Position numbers and translations under genes: made by a program. This document shows, piece after piece, positions 34,896 to 44,014 of a DNA stretch of 64,000 bases. Each line of letters begins with the position of its first letter. Positions within the stretch are counted from its first letter, which is position 1. The notes beneath the pieces were generated by a model. It had not been told where the DNA came from, searched no databases, and saw only the letters and a list, made by a program, of their open reading frames with translations. The stretch comes from Methanobacteriota archaeon (GTDB lineage Archaea; Thermoplasmatota; SW-10-69-26; JACQPN01): contig JACQPN010000012.1 in NCBI GenBank assembly GCA_016207515.1, forward strand, positions 31,759 through 95,758, given 5' to 3'.

Positions 34896-35585
34896 CTAGA
34901 AAACGAGCGTTTCATCGGCTTTTGGGATGTGCACTTGCGCCTTCGACCGTTCGGCCACCATCCGCTTGAAGGATACGGGCGCTGCGACGATTGTCGGAAC
35001 CGTGTTGTAATGGATCGGGATGACGTGGTCGACCCCGAGCCAATCCGTCGCGATCGCCGCCTCGAGTTCCCCCATAGTGTAGTGCCCGCCGATGGGAAGC
35101 AATGCGATGTCCGGCCGGTAGAGTTCACGGATCACGTGCTTCATGTCGCCGAACAACCCCGTGTCGCCCGCGTGGTACACGCGATGCTCGCCATCGTCGA
35201 TGACGTAGCCGCAGGGGTTGCCTCCTTGGCCGTCGAAGGGCCCTGCCTGATCGTCCTGGATGCCGCTCGAATGGGCCGCGAACGTCATCGCGACCATGAT
35301 TCCGGGCGAGACGACGTATCGACCGCCGATGTTCATGCCGGTCGTCTTCAAGCCCTTCCTCTGGAGGTAGTTGGATATCTCGAAATTCGCGACCATGGGA
35401 GCGCCGATCGTAAGCGCGTCGCCCATGTGGTCGTCGTGGCCATGTGTGACAAGGACAAGGTCCGGCCTCAAGTCGGTGGCCTTGGCGCCCGTGACGTTCG
35501 CCGCGAACATCGGGTCGATGAGGATCCTGAAACCCGTCCGGCACTCGAGCTCCACGTTGGCGTGGCCGTGCCAGGTTATCTTCAC
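34896..35585 (-). CDS. metallo-beta-lactamase-fold hydrolase (UPF0173-like), 229 aa
   Basis: MKITWHGHANVE start. HxHxDH motif VTHGHDDHMGD. Later YHAGDTG and IPIHYNT. Confidence 0.85.
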   Translation of the reverse strand: MKITWHGHANVELECRTGFRILIDPMFAANVTGAKATDLRPDLVLVTHGHDDHMGDALTIGAPMVANFEISNYLQRKGLKTTGMNIGGRYVVSPGIMVAMTFAAHSSGIQDDQAGPFDGQGGNPCGYVIDDGEHRVYHAGDTGLFGDMKHVIRELYRPDIALLPIGGHYTMGELEAAIATDWLGVDHVIPIHYNTVPTIVAAPVSFKRMVAERSKAQVHIPKADETLVF

Positions 35586-35664
35586 CGGAAGACCGCTCCA
35601 GCCATGGGGTAGTCAAACGCCTCGGTATCCTAAAGTATTTCGACAAGGACGAAAATCAGGCCCT

Positions 35665-36096
35665 ATGCCCGATTGCATCTTTTGCAAGATCGCGAAAGGC
35701 GACATACCGAGCGTCAAGGTCCACGAGGATGAGCACTCGTTCGCATTCCTCGACATCGACCCGCTCACGGTCGGGCACACGCTCGTCATACCGAAGAAAC
35801 ACTACGACAGGCTTGAAGCGATGCCGCAGACCGAATCGAATCGGCTCTGGGCGACCATCGCCAGACTCGTTCCAGCCGTCCAAGAAGGGGCGGGCGCCAC
35901 GTCATCGAACATCGCCTTCAACAACGGTCCCGAGGCTGGCCAAGAGGTCGCCCACGTCCACTGCCATGTCATCCCGAGGCGGAAGGGGGATGGTGGCGGG
36001 CCGGTGCATGCGATCATACCGCAGGCCGCAAGACCGAAGGTGACGAAGGACGAGCTCGCAAAGACCGGAGAAGCGATCCGGACGAACATCCGTTGA
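35665..36096 (+). CDS. HIT family protein (histidine triad nucleotide hydrolase), 143 aa
   Basis: ORF track gives 35371..36096, but the upstream part overlaps the MBL gene on the opposite strand. ATG at 35665 gives MPDCIFCKIAKGDIP. Histidine triad HVHCHVIPR. Confidence 0.9.
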   Translation: MPDCIFCKIAKGDIPSVKVHEDEHSFAFLDIDPLTVGHTLVIPKKHYDRLEAMPQTESNRLWATIARLVPAVQEGAGATSSNIAFNNGPEAGQEVAHVHCHVIPRRKGDGGGPVHAIIPQAARPKVTKDELAKTGEAIRTNIR

Positions 36097-36219
36097 TGGG
36101 ACCATCCGGGCCGGGGTCGACGGGGGCCGAGCCGGGACGCCTCGCTCGTTGCGGGAGACCTGGAATCGACTGGGACGCCCGGTCGCATCAAGCGTGCTTT
36201 CGACAAAGTGATGGTGATT

Positions 36220-36468
36220 TCACGGCTTTGACAAAGGCCGCCCGCGTCCGTAGCAATGTAGGCACGGCACGAGGTGGGCGGCCTTCAAGACCTTCGTGGC
36301 GGAAAGCTCGTCCTTGTAGTACACGCGTTTGTCTGGGGGCACATCGGGGAGGCGGCATGCGGGAGTGAGGCGGCCGATGTTATGGATCTCGCCTTTTACC
36401 AGGTCGCGGACGAACAGGCCCTTGGCCAGTTCCGAATCGCGGGTCGGCTCGAAGTCATCGTCGGCCAT
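36220..36468 (-). CDS. small hypothetical protein, about 82 aa
   Basis: ORF track gives 36220..36513. The internal Met (MADDDFEPTRD...) seems the more plausible start. No recognisable motif. Confidence 0.35.
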   Translation of the reverse strand: MADDDFEPTRDSELAKGLFVRDLVKGEIHNIGRLTPACRLPDVPPDKRVYYKDELSATKVLKAAHLVPCLHCYGRGRPLSKP

Positions 36469-36700
36469 TTTCAACCCTGTACGGGTCCAGGAATGAAGGC
36501 CCATCGTTATCAAGGGAGGGGGGAAGGTTGAAGTCGTGGTCAGGCCCTTTCGCCCTTGTCCTCGACTCCTGCCGGGGAAGATGGGCGCCCGACCTCACTC
36601 CCCTGAAGCCAGAATGACGGGGAATTCTGGGCCGCCCGAAAACCGTTTTTCCAGCACTGGCGAACGCATTACGCTCCTGCCTCGCCCGTCTTGCACTAAC

Positions 36701-36709
36701 TAATATAAA
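36701..36709 (+). promoter_or_regulatory. TATA box candidate (taatataaa) upstream of the RIO kinase gene
   Basis: The box ends 24 nt upstream of the GTG at 36733, consistent with a leaderless or very short-leader transcript. Confidence 0.4.
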
Positions 36710-36732
36710 CGGGAGGGTGGTAATCATCAGCC

Positions 36733-37566
36733 GTGGAAGATAGTTGGCTGGACCTCGTGGAGAAGCGCCTCGAGCGCGTCCTCGACAGGACGAACCGGGA
36801 GCGTGAGCTTCGAAAGGAGGTCGAATCGAAGGACAGGAAGACCGTCGACGAGGTCTTCGACCGGCCCACATTGTTGGCGCTCTACAAGCTCATCAGCAAC
36901 GGCGTCGTCCACACCGTCGATTACCCGGTCTCGACCGGCAAGGAAGCTAACGTCTTCCACGCAACGGACGGAAAAGGCAAATCGATCGCCCTCAAGATAT
37001 TCCGTGTCCACACGGCGACGACCCACGCCTACCTCACGTATCTCCAGGGCGATCCACGTTTCGACGGCGCCAACCGCGGCCGGCGGGACACCATTAACAC
37101 CTGGGTGAAGAAGGAGTACAAGAACCTTCTAAGGATGGCCGACGCCGGGGTCCCGGTCCCGAAGGCGATCCACGCCATCGACAACGTACTCGTGATGGAA
37201 TTCATCGGTTCCCACGGGACGCCCGCACCGATGATGCGAGAGGTGCGCCTACGCGACCCACAGAGGTCGTACAACCAGATAATCGCGAGTGTGCGCAAGA
37301 TCGTGCGCACGGCCAATCTCGTGCACGGCGACCTCTCCGAATACAACATCCTCGTCAAGCAAAGCGCCGGCGCCGACAAGCTCTACGTGATAGACGTGGG
37401 GCAAGCGGTCCTCATCAGGCACCCGATGTCGAACGAACTTCTTGCCCGCGACCTCAAGAACCTCTCCCGGTACTTCAAGAAACTCGGTGTCGACGCCGAC
37501 CCCGCGGTCGCGTTGAAGAAAGTGATGCCAAAACAAGGTTTTGCCCGGGAAGTGGTCGTAGCATGA
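36733..37566 (+). CDS. rio1: RIO-type serine/threonine protein kinase (Rio1-like), 277 aa
   Basis: VDEVFDRPTLLALYKLISNGVV...STGKEANVFHA...IALKIF...HGDLSEYNIL...IDVGQAV. Confidence 0.9.
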   Translation: MEDSWLDLVEKRLERVLDRTNRERELRKEVESKDRKTVDEVFDRPTLLALYKLISNGVVHTVDYPVSTGKEANVFHATDGKGKSIALKIFRVHTATTHAYLTYLQGDPRFDGANRGRRDTINTWVKKEYKNLLRMADAGVPVPKAIHAIDNVLVMEFIGSHGTPAPMMREVRLRDPQRSYNQIIASVRKIVRTANLVHGDLSEYNILVKQSAGADKLYVIDVGQAVLIRHPMSNELLARDLKNLSRYFKKLGVDADPAVALKKVMPKQGFAREVVVA

Positions 37567-37627
37567 TGGCACCGACGGTGAAGTTTCCGTGCTACTTGTC
37601 GGATCGTGACATGGGACGTGCACCCAC

Positions 37628-38179
37628 GTGACCGAGGATGTCGTCCGGATCCCGGTAAGGCGCATCGGTGTCCTCATCGGGAAGAACGGGGAGGTGAAGG
37701 CCGAGCTCGAAGCGCGCGCGGGCGTCGTCCTGGGGATAGATTCCGAGAGCGGCGACGTGACGGTGGAGGATTCGAAGGCGTACGACCCCGTGGTCGCGCT
37801 GAAAGTGAGGGACATCGTGAAGGCCATCGGGCGCGGCTTCTCGCCAGAGCACGCGTTCCGGCTCTTCCAGGACGAGACCTATTTCGACGTGATGGACGTG
37901 ACGGATTACGTCGGAAAAAGCGACAAGCACATCAAGAGAGTGAGATCGAGGCTCATCGGCACGGGCGGGAAGACGCGCCACATCATCGAGGAGCTCTCCG
38001 GCGCCAACGTATCGATAATGGGCAACTCCGTGGCGTTACTCGGCGACATCATGGAAGTGCGGGTCGCTCGCGAGGCCGTCGAGATGCTCATGGAAGGCGC
38101 GCCGCATTCGACCGTCTACAAGTTCCTGGAGCGAAAGAGGAAAGAACTCCGGCTTTACGACCTTGGTATCCGTTACTAG
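37628..38179 (+). CDS. KH-domain RNA-binding protein (archaeal Dim2/Pno1-like), 183 aa
   Basis: Two KH-type GxxG segments (IGVLIGKNGEVK and LIGTGGKTRHIIEE). The position directly after a RIO kinase gene is a common archaeal arrangement. Confidence 0.85.
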   Translation: MTEDVVRIPVRRIGVLIGKNGEVKAELEARAGVVLGIDSESGDVTVEDSKAYDPVVALKVRDIVKAIGRGFSPEHAFRLFQDETYFDVMDVTDYVGKSDKHIKRVRSRLIGTGGKTRHIIEELSGANVSIMGNSVALLGDIMEVRVAREAVEMLMEGAPHSTVYKFLERKRKELRLYDLGIRY

Positions 38180-38252
38180 GGAAGCTTGGAGTGGCAAGCG
38201 GGGCCACTCGTGACCTTGGCATTGGGACGCGGCTCGGGCCGCGACCTCATCA

Positions 38253-38732
38253 TCAGCGTTGATCTTGCGGTAGATCGACCGTTGCGCCGTTCTTCACGCC
38301 AGGTGCTCTCAACATCGTCCCGGCGAAAAGCACGGCGAGGCCCGACGCGAACGCGACGAATACGCCGCTTCCCCGTTCGCATTTGAAGAAACCGCACGAT
38401 TGGGCCGCGTCGGGTTCGAAGGCGAGTGAGAAGGCCAGGAGCGCGGTCGCTGCACCCAGGAGCATGAACGTCCGTCCACGGGCCCCACGTCCTGGGACGG
38501 ACCAGAGCGCGACGTACCCCGCAATTGCGATCGGCGCAAGGAACACGGCGCTCGTGTCGTAGCCGTACACCGGGACCGCGGTGGATACGGCGCCCGTCTT
38601 GGTCATCCAAGGAAGAACGACCGAAAAAAGCATCGTGGGAAAGGCGACGGCAGCAAGCCAGTCGCCCGGCGGCATCCCATCCCTCGCTTCGAGCGAAGCC
38701 ACCACTTGGAGACCCGATTGCACGTGCCGCAC
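38253..38732 (-). CDS. hypothetical integral membrane protein, 159 aa or shorter
   Basis: Four hydrophobic segments (WLAAVAFPTMLFSVVLPW, VFLAPIAIAGYVALW, FMLLGAATALLAFSLAF, VFVAFASGLAVLFAG). Start codon uncertain. Confidence 0.5.
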   Translation of the reverse strand: MRHVQSGLQVVASLEARDGMPPGDWLAAVAFPTMLFSVVLPWMTKTGAVSTAVPVYGYDTSAVFLAPIAIAGYVALWSVPGRGARGRTFMLLGAATALLAFSLAFEPDAAQSCGFFKCERGSGVFVAFASGLAVLFAGTMLRAPGVKNGATVDLPQDQR

Positions 38733-39174
38733 TTAACGGTTTGGGTGACACCCATGCTGGAGTCGAAGCCGGTCCGCTACGCGGGCGCGACCAGTCAACG
38801 TGCCCTTCTCGTGCGCTCATCGCGAGATGATGGCCCCGGTCGCCGACCCTGTCACTGCGTCGCCGAAGATCTTGGCGACGATGCGCGTCCTTTTCGGTTT
38901 GTGATCGCATAGCGTGTGATATGTTTCTCATTGATCGACCGCGACGTTGGAACTCGGCCTGGGAAGCGACAGGCGTCTTGATCCGTGAAAGTAACATCGG
39001 GTCATCGATGGTTTGCAGGCCGCAGTCCGTTTGGCGATCGACTTCGAGGATCGAACCGGGATTCGAAGATCGGCTGGCGACGGACGTGGGGCACAAGGAA
39101 GGTTGGATTTTCTAAAACGAATAAAATAGCAACCTTCTTATTGGCGGACCCCGCATTTCTCGCTGGGATGCACA

Positions 39175-39708
39175 GTGGTGAGCATAGAAGAGTGTGAACT
39201 ACCCGGGGTCGGACACAAGTTCACGCTCGAAGAGACGCCCGGCGGTCAAAAGTTCGTCGTCATCTTGAGAAACGACGGCCGTCGAGAGCTGTACGAATTC
39301 CACGGGCCGGATGCGACACCCGTCTCGGTGACGATGAGCGAGGAGGAGGCCAAGCGGGTGGCCGTCGTGCTCCTTGGTGCATACTCGGTGCCCCACAGTG
39401 AACCCCGCCCGACGGTCGGCCTCGGGGAGAGCACCTTGTCTTGGTACGAGGTCCCGAAACTCGGGACGCATCCCCACACGGGCCACGACCGGCGGGGAGT
39501 TCCCGAAGCCAACGCTGGATCCGCGCCCCAACTTCTCAAGCAGCTATCGGACTGCGGGCTCCAACTGGTAGGCCTTGTCCGCGCCGGCGTCACTCTATCG
39601 CCGCCCGCGAAGGAAGCAGACATCCGCACCGGGGATCTCATGGTCGTCCTCGGGCCGCCGCGCGCACTCGACTCGTTCGCTAGAGGCTTGACGGGGAGCG
39701 CAAGATGA
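39175..39708 (+). CDS. cation:proton antiporter regulatory subunit with RCK_C (TrkA-C) domain, 177 aa
   Basis: N-terminus IEECELPGVGHKFTLEETPGGQKFVVILRNDGRRELY and C-terminus GVTLSPPAKEADIRTGDLMVVLGPP resemble KhtT-type subunits. The stop overlaps the antiporter start (ATGA at 39705). Confidence 0.75.
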   Translation: MVSIEECELPGVGHKFTLEETPGGQKFVVILRNDGRRELYEFHGPDATPVSVTMSEEEAKRVAVVLLGAYSVPHSEPRPTVGLGESTLSWYEVPKLGTHPHTGHDRRGVPEANAGSAPQLLKQLSDCGLQLVGLVRAGVTLSPPAKEADIRTGDLMVVLGPPRALDSFARGLTGSAR

Positions 39709-40931
39709 TAGGCCTGGTCGAATTGGCGGTGGCGCTTGGCGGCATAGCCGTGGTGGCACTCCTAGCCGCGCGCTTCGGCCAATCGGCCATCCCTGCCTTC
39801 ATACTCTGGGGGATCGCGTTCGGACCCTTCGGGTTCCGGATCGTCGACGCCGCCCACAACAGCGAGGGCCTCGCGCTCGTCTCGGAACTGGGGATAATCC
39901 TCCTCCTCTTCTACCTGGGGCTCGACTTCTCGATCAGCAGGTTCCTCAAAAGCGGGAAGAAGACATTCGAGAACGGGGCCGTCGACACTGTCCTGAACTT
40001 CACGCCGGGTTTCCTCATCGGTTGGATCTTCGGCCTTGGCCCCGTCGGGGCGATGTTCCTCGGCGCCATCGTCTATTGCACGAGCACCGGCATCGTCGCC
40101 AAGGTCATAACCGATCTTCGAAGGACCGCCAACCCCGAGACCGAGATAATACTCGGGCTCTCCATCTTCCAGGACCTCGTGATCGCCTTTCTCATCGTCG
40201 TCCTTTCCGGACTCGCGTTCGGAGGCCTCGATCCGGGTTCCGCGGGCGTCGCGATCGCCAAGTCGTTCGGATTCTGCATCGCGGTCATCCTCGCATCGCG
40301 CAGCCTCGCCGCCCCCATCCAGGCGTTTCTCAAACCGCGTTCCGAGGAGATCTTCGTCCTTCTCGTGATCGCCGCCACCGTGACTGGCGCCGCCCTCGCC
40401 CATCTCGCGGGGCTTTCGGCCGCGATCGGGGCATTCCTTACCGGATTGGTCTTTGCGGAGACGAACGTCGTCGGACGCATCAAGGCCAAGGTCGCCCCCA
40501 TCAAGGACCTGTTCGTCGCCCTTCTCTTCTTCGTGTTCGGGCTCACGATCAACTTCTCATCCGTCGATTCGGTGATGCCGCTTCTTCTTTTCGTCATCCC
40601 GGCCGTGCTCATCACGAAATTCGCAACAGGCATCATCATCGGGCGCTGGAGGGGCCAGACGGAACGCGGTCAAGCCAACATCGGAACCTCGCTAATAGCC
40701 GTCGGCGAGCTCTCCATCGTGCTCGCGCAGGTCGCGGTCTCTGCCGGCTTTCCCCAGGAGATCGCCGTCTTCACCGCCATCTACGTGCTCGTCACGGCGC
40801 TCGTCGGCCCCATCATGATGACCCTCTCGCACCCAATCTCGGACCAACTCAAGTACACGACCGGGATAGGCCTTGCCGCCTCCGACATGATATTCAAGGC
40901 GCGGATGGCCTTCAACCGGCGCCCGGGTTGA
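39705..40931 (+). CDS. CPA2-family monovalent cation:proton antiporter, 408 aa
   Basis: About 11-12 hydrophobic helices and Na+/H+ exchanger family-like sequence (SELGIILLLFYLGLDFS, GLSIFQDLV). Translationally coupled to the RCK_C subunit. Confidence 0.85.
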   Translation: MIGLVELAVALGGIAVVALLAARFGQSAIPAFILWGIAFGPFGFRIVDAAHNSEGLALVSELGIILLLFYLGLDFSISRFLKSGKKTFENGAVDTVLNFTPGFLIGWIFGLGPVGAMFLGAIVYCTSTGIVAKVITDLRRTANPETEIILGLSIFQDLVIAFLIVVLSGLAFGGLDPGSAGVAIAKSFGFCIAVILASRSLAAPIQAFLKPRSEEIFVLLVIAATVTGAALAHLAGLSAAIGAFLTGLVFAETNVVGRIKAKVAPIKDLFVALLFFVFGLTINFSSVDSVMPLLLFVIPAVLITKFATGIIIGRWRGQTERGQANIGTSLIAVGELSIVLAQVAVSAGFPQEIAVFTAIYVLVTALVGPIMMTLSHPISDQLKYTTGIGLAASDMIFKARMAFNRRPG

Positions 40932-41159
40932 CGCTTTTCTTGGCTTTCGCCGTCGCGCTTCATGGATATCCGTTGTTCAACAACCCTTAGTATCGCGCAA
41001 GGCGGCGGCCTTCAGGGAAGGCGGGTCGCATAGGCGGCCTGCCGAAACCAAAGGTGTTGCCAGAATGCCGGACAAGTATGACGATAGCCCCAGCGCAAGC
41101 GTCGTGTCGAACGATTCGTTGCTTGAATGCTCTCTCAACGCGTGCGCGGAGGCTTGAAC

Positions 41160-42005
41160 ATGAAGCTTCTCAAAGCCTCCGTCGCGATTATGGCAATCCT
41201 GCTTTCCGCGCCCGCGTGGGCCGATAACGTCGACACGCAGGCGAGCGTTTCGAACCAAGCGCCGACGGTGGTCGAGGTCGCCTTGGTCGAAGATGACGAC
41301 AGTGGCCTTCCTGGCGCACAGATCGCGCCCACGCCCGGTTCCTCGAGGACCCTTTCCATCAGAGCAAGGGCCCAAGACGGAAACGGTTGGAAGGACCTCG
41401 ATTCGCTGTCCCTCGAGATCACGCGCCCGGACGGCACCGTCCTTGTAAATCTCGCGGCCACGCCGACGAGCGAGCACTCGGGTAGGACCCAGGTGTATTC
41501 CGCCTCGTTCAACATGGACTATTACGAGGCGCCCGGGATCTACACAATCACTTCGGACGTCTCCGACGGGCCAGGTTCCCATGGAGCCCATTCGGACTCG
41601 TTCACCTACCAGTCGCTCCTCGCGTTCGCCCTCGGTTCGAGTTCCATCAGCTTCTCGGCCGGGGCGCTCGATCCGGGAGCGACCAGTTCAGTCGCCTCCG
41701 TGAACGTCATGAACAAGGGGAACGTCAAGTTCGACACGCAGCTCTCTGGAACGGACCTAGGCGCGGTCGGCTTCGATGCGATGATCCCCGCCGACAAAGT
41801 CAAGTACAGCGCCGACTCCGCGATGGCCGGCGAGGTGGGCCTTTCTGGCGCACCCCGGACGGACGCGTCCTTCGACCTTGCCCCGGGCGCTGCGGCCGCA
41901 AGGAACGCCTACTTCGACGTCCACGTGCCGTCTGGTGACGACCAGTTCGTGCCTGCCGCGAACTACGTGGGCAGCATCACGATCGGTGCGGTCGCGAGCG
42001 CGTAA
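41160..42005 (+). CDS. secreted hypothetical protein, 281 aa
   Basis: ORF track gives 41127..42005. ATG at 41160 has GGAGG 7 nt upstream. Signal peptide MKLLKASVAIMAILLSAPAWA|DN. Beta-rich sequence. Confidence 0.6.
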   Translation: MKLLKASVAIMAILLSAPAWADNVDTQASVSNQAPTVVEVALVEDDDSGLPGAQIAPTPGSSRTLSIRARAQDGNGWKDLDSLSLEITRPDGTVLVNLAATPTSEHSGRTQVYSASFNMDYYEAPGIYTITSDVSDGPGSHGAHSDSFTYQSLLAFALGSSSISFSAGALDPGATSSVASVNVMNKGNVKFDTQLSGTDLGAVGFDAMIPADKVKYSADSAMAGEVGLSGAPRTDASFDLAPGAAAARNAYFDVHVPSGDDQFVPAANYVGSITIGAVASA

Positions 42006-42385
42006 CCTATCAGCCCCGACCCGACACGCGCCCCGGTCGTCGCCAGGCGGCGGCCGGGGCACCATTCCCCACCTCTTTTCGTTCCGCCTCGTCCCCCGGT
42101 CTCAAGCCGACTTTCGGAACGCATAGGCTCTAGTCCGTGCTACCATGTAGCAAGGCTTAATACCCCAACTTTCGGAACAAATGCTGGAGAGCGGCAGATT
42201 ACAGTGACAATCTGCCGGGTTTGAGCAGGTGTTGCCGGATGAATGGAGAGGAGAACCACTACAATCACAAGGCCAGCGGAGCGGAGACCGATGAGCAAGC
42301 GGAACCGCGCCCGCCCTCGGATAACGAGTGTTCGATAAGCGTATTAGCCGCGAGGGCAGCAGAATACACGGGTGGAGCCAAAGCG

Positions 42386-42784
42386 ATGCCAGCCAAGAAA
42401 GCCCGAACGGGAAAGAGCGCGAAGACCAAGCGGTTGAACGCGCTCGTCGGCGCCCTCGAACGCGAATTCAGGATGCAGGCCGACGACGCGAAGGCGATAG
42501 CCGAGATCGTCTCCGAACGCTTCGCCGAGGACGAGGAGGTCAACGACGACAACCTCGACGCGGAGATCCGATCCATCTTCTACACGCTCGAATCCAAGAA
42601 GCTCCTGTCCTTCCGCCGTGAGGAGTACCAGTGGGAGAACGGCGAGCACCGCCGCGCCTTCTATTGGAAGCTCCGGGACGAGGCACTCTTCGAGCACGAG
42701 GCGCCCGCGATGCCGCAGATGAACGATTCGGTCTACGACAGCCTCCCGGTCGACGCGTGGAAGCGCCCCGTGAGAGCCAGCTAA
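42386..42784 (+). CDS. hypothetical protein, 132 aa
   Basis: ORF track gives 42221..42784. ATG at 42386 (MPAKKARTGKSAKTKRL) is preceded by GGTGGA. Basic N-terminus, acidic middle. Confidence 0.5.
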   Translation: MPAKKARTGKSAKTKRLNALVGALEREFRMQADDAKAIAEIVSERFAEDEEVNDDNLDAEIRSIFYTLESKKLLSFRREEYQWENGEHRRAFYWKLRDEALFEHEAPAMPQMNDSVYDSLPVDAWKRPVRAS

Positions 42785-43030
42785 GACCCATACGTCTCAA
42801 GACCAACCTCCCATCGGGGGACGCGAAGTCCCCCTCCCTCTTTTCTCCGTTCGTTTCTCTCTACCCCGCCCGATCCACGGACGCGAGGTCGCGTCAGGCC
42901 TCCACGAGGAATAGAGACTAACGAGACGCCTCCTTCTTGGGCCGCCCGCTTCTGGCCACGCCCCCGTTTCCATCGCGCCGGCCCTCATCCACAATTCAAT
43001 TTATAATGGCAACCCTCGTTCCAAGCCTCC

Positions 43031-44014
43031 ATGCAGGCCGTTATCCTCGCTGGCGGGCTTGGGACGAGGATGCGCCCGCTGACGCTCACACGGCCGAAGG
43101 CGCTTCTTCCGGTCCTCAACAAGCCGGTGGTCGCGCACATCATCGACAAACTGCCGCGCGAGATCGACGAGGTCATCCTGGCGACCAACTACAAGACCGA
43201 GATGATCGAGGAGTTCTTCCTCGATGAGCCGTCCCGCATCCCCGTGCGGATAGTCACCGAACCCGAGCCGCTCGGGACGGGGGGAGCCGTCAAGAACTGC
43301 CGTGACCACCTCAAAGGCCCCACACTCGTCCTTAACTGCGACATCCTCGACTCGCTCGATCTCACCAAGTTCATTCGTTACCACCGTGAGAAGCGGGGAG
43401 CCGCGACGATCTCGCTCTGGGCCGTGGAGGATCCAAGCCACTACGGGGCCGTGTCCTACTCGAACGGGAGGATCGACAGGTTCGTGGAGAAACCGGCCCC
43501 GGGCGAAGCGCCGAGCAACCTCGTGAACGCCGGCACGTACCTCCTCGAACCCAGTGTGCTCGACTACATACCGGAAGGGAAGATGGTGTCGCTCGAACGC
43601 GAGGTGTACCCGAGGATCATCGCCGACGGGAAGGGGCTCTTCGGCTTTCCGTTCACCGGGCACTGGCTCGACGCCGGGCGCCTCGACTCTTACCTCGCCA
43701 CCCACGCTAGCCTCCTAGGCGAACGCGGCATCGTGGTCGGCCATTCCGTGAAGATGGACCAGGCCCGCGCCAAACCGTGGGCCGCCATCGGGGCCAAGAC
43801 GAGGCTTGGCCGCGGCTCCGAGGTCGAGAAGTCCGTGATATTCCCCCGCTGCCAGGTCGGCGAAGGCGTTTCCATAACGGGCTCGATCCTTGGGGAATCA
43901 TGCTCCATAGGTGACGGTGCCGTCGTACAGGACTCCGTTCTCGGCGACGGCGTCGTCGTCAAGGCGAAAACGGTCTTGAAGAAGGCCACGTTGCAGCCAG
44001 GGGAGTCGAGGTGA
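43031..44014 (+). CDS. sugar-1-phosphate nucleotidyltransferase with C-terminal left-handed beta-helix, 327 aa
   Basis: MQAVILAGGLGTRMRPLTLTRPKALLPV (the GxGTRxxPxT motif). Hexapeptide repeats at the C-terminus. The stop overlaps the next start (ATG 44011 / TGA 44012-44014). Confidence 0.85.
   Translation: MQAVILAGGLGTRMRPLTLTRPKALLPVLNKPVVAHIIDKLPREIDEVILATNYKTEMIEEFFLDEPSRIPVRIVTEPEPLGTGGAVKNCRDHLKGPTLVLNCDILDSLDLTKFIRYHREKRGAATISLWAVEDPSHYGAVSYSNGRIDRFVEKPAPGEAPSNLVNAGTYLLEPSVLDYIPEGKMVSLEREVYPRIIADGKGLFGFPFTGHWLDAGRLDSYLATHASLLGERGIVVGHSVKMDQARAKPWAAIGAKTRLGRGSEVEKSVIFPRCQVGEGVSITGSILGESCSIGDGAVVQDSVLGDGVVVKAKTVLKKATLQPGESR

Noticed and set aside
35371-35664. N-terminal extension of the HIT ORF in the track, and similar extensions at 55162-55338 for rtcB, 21077-21160, 13828-13944 and 33198-33260
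   Set aside because: The extensions overlap neighbouring genes or promoter elements and lack family-typical sequence. Internal ATGs with Shine-Dalgarno-like motifs give canonical N-termini or signal peptides.
39040-39080. tRNA-like T-arm strings (ggatcgaaccggg and ggattcgaa) in the intergenic region
   Set aside because: I could not fold a cloverleaf. No complementary 5-bp T-stems flank either TTCGA-like loop, and there is no acceptor or anticodon arm. I found no convincing tRNA anywhere in the window.
38176-39096. 306-aa minus-strand ORF spanning the membrane-protein gene and the 38733-39174 intergenic region
   Set aside because: It is extremely Arg/Ser/Pro-rich. It is in a different frame from, and overlaps, the plausible 159-aa membrane protein. 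It has no motifs.
40022-40990. 322-aa alternate-frame ORF within the antiporter gene
   Set aside because: It is Arg/His/Pro-rich with no hydrophobic segments. The 39705 frame encodes a coherent polytopic transporter.
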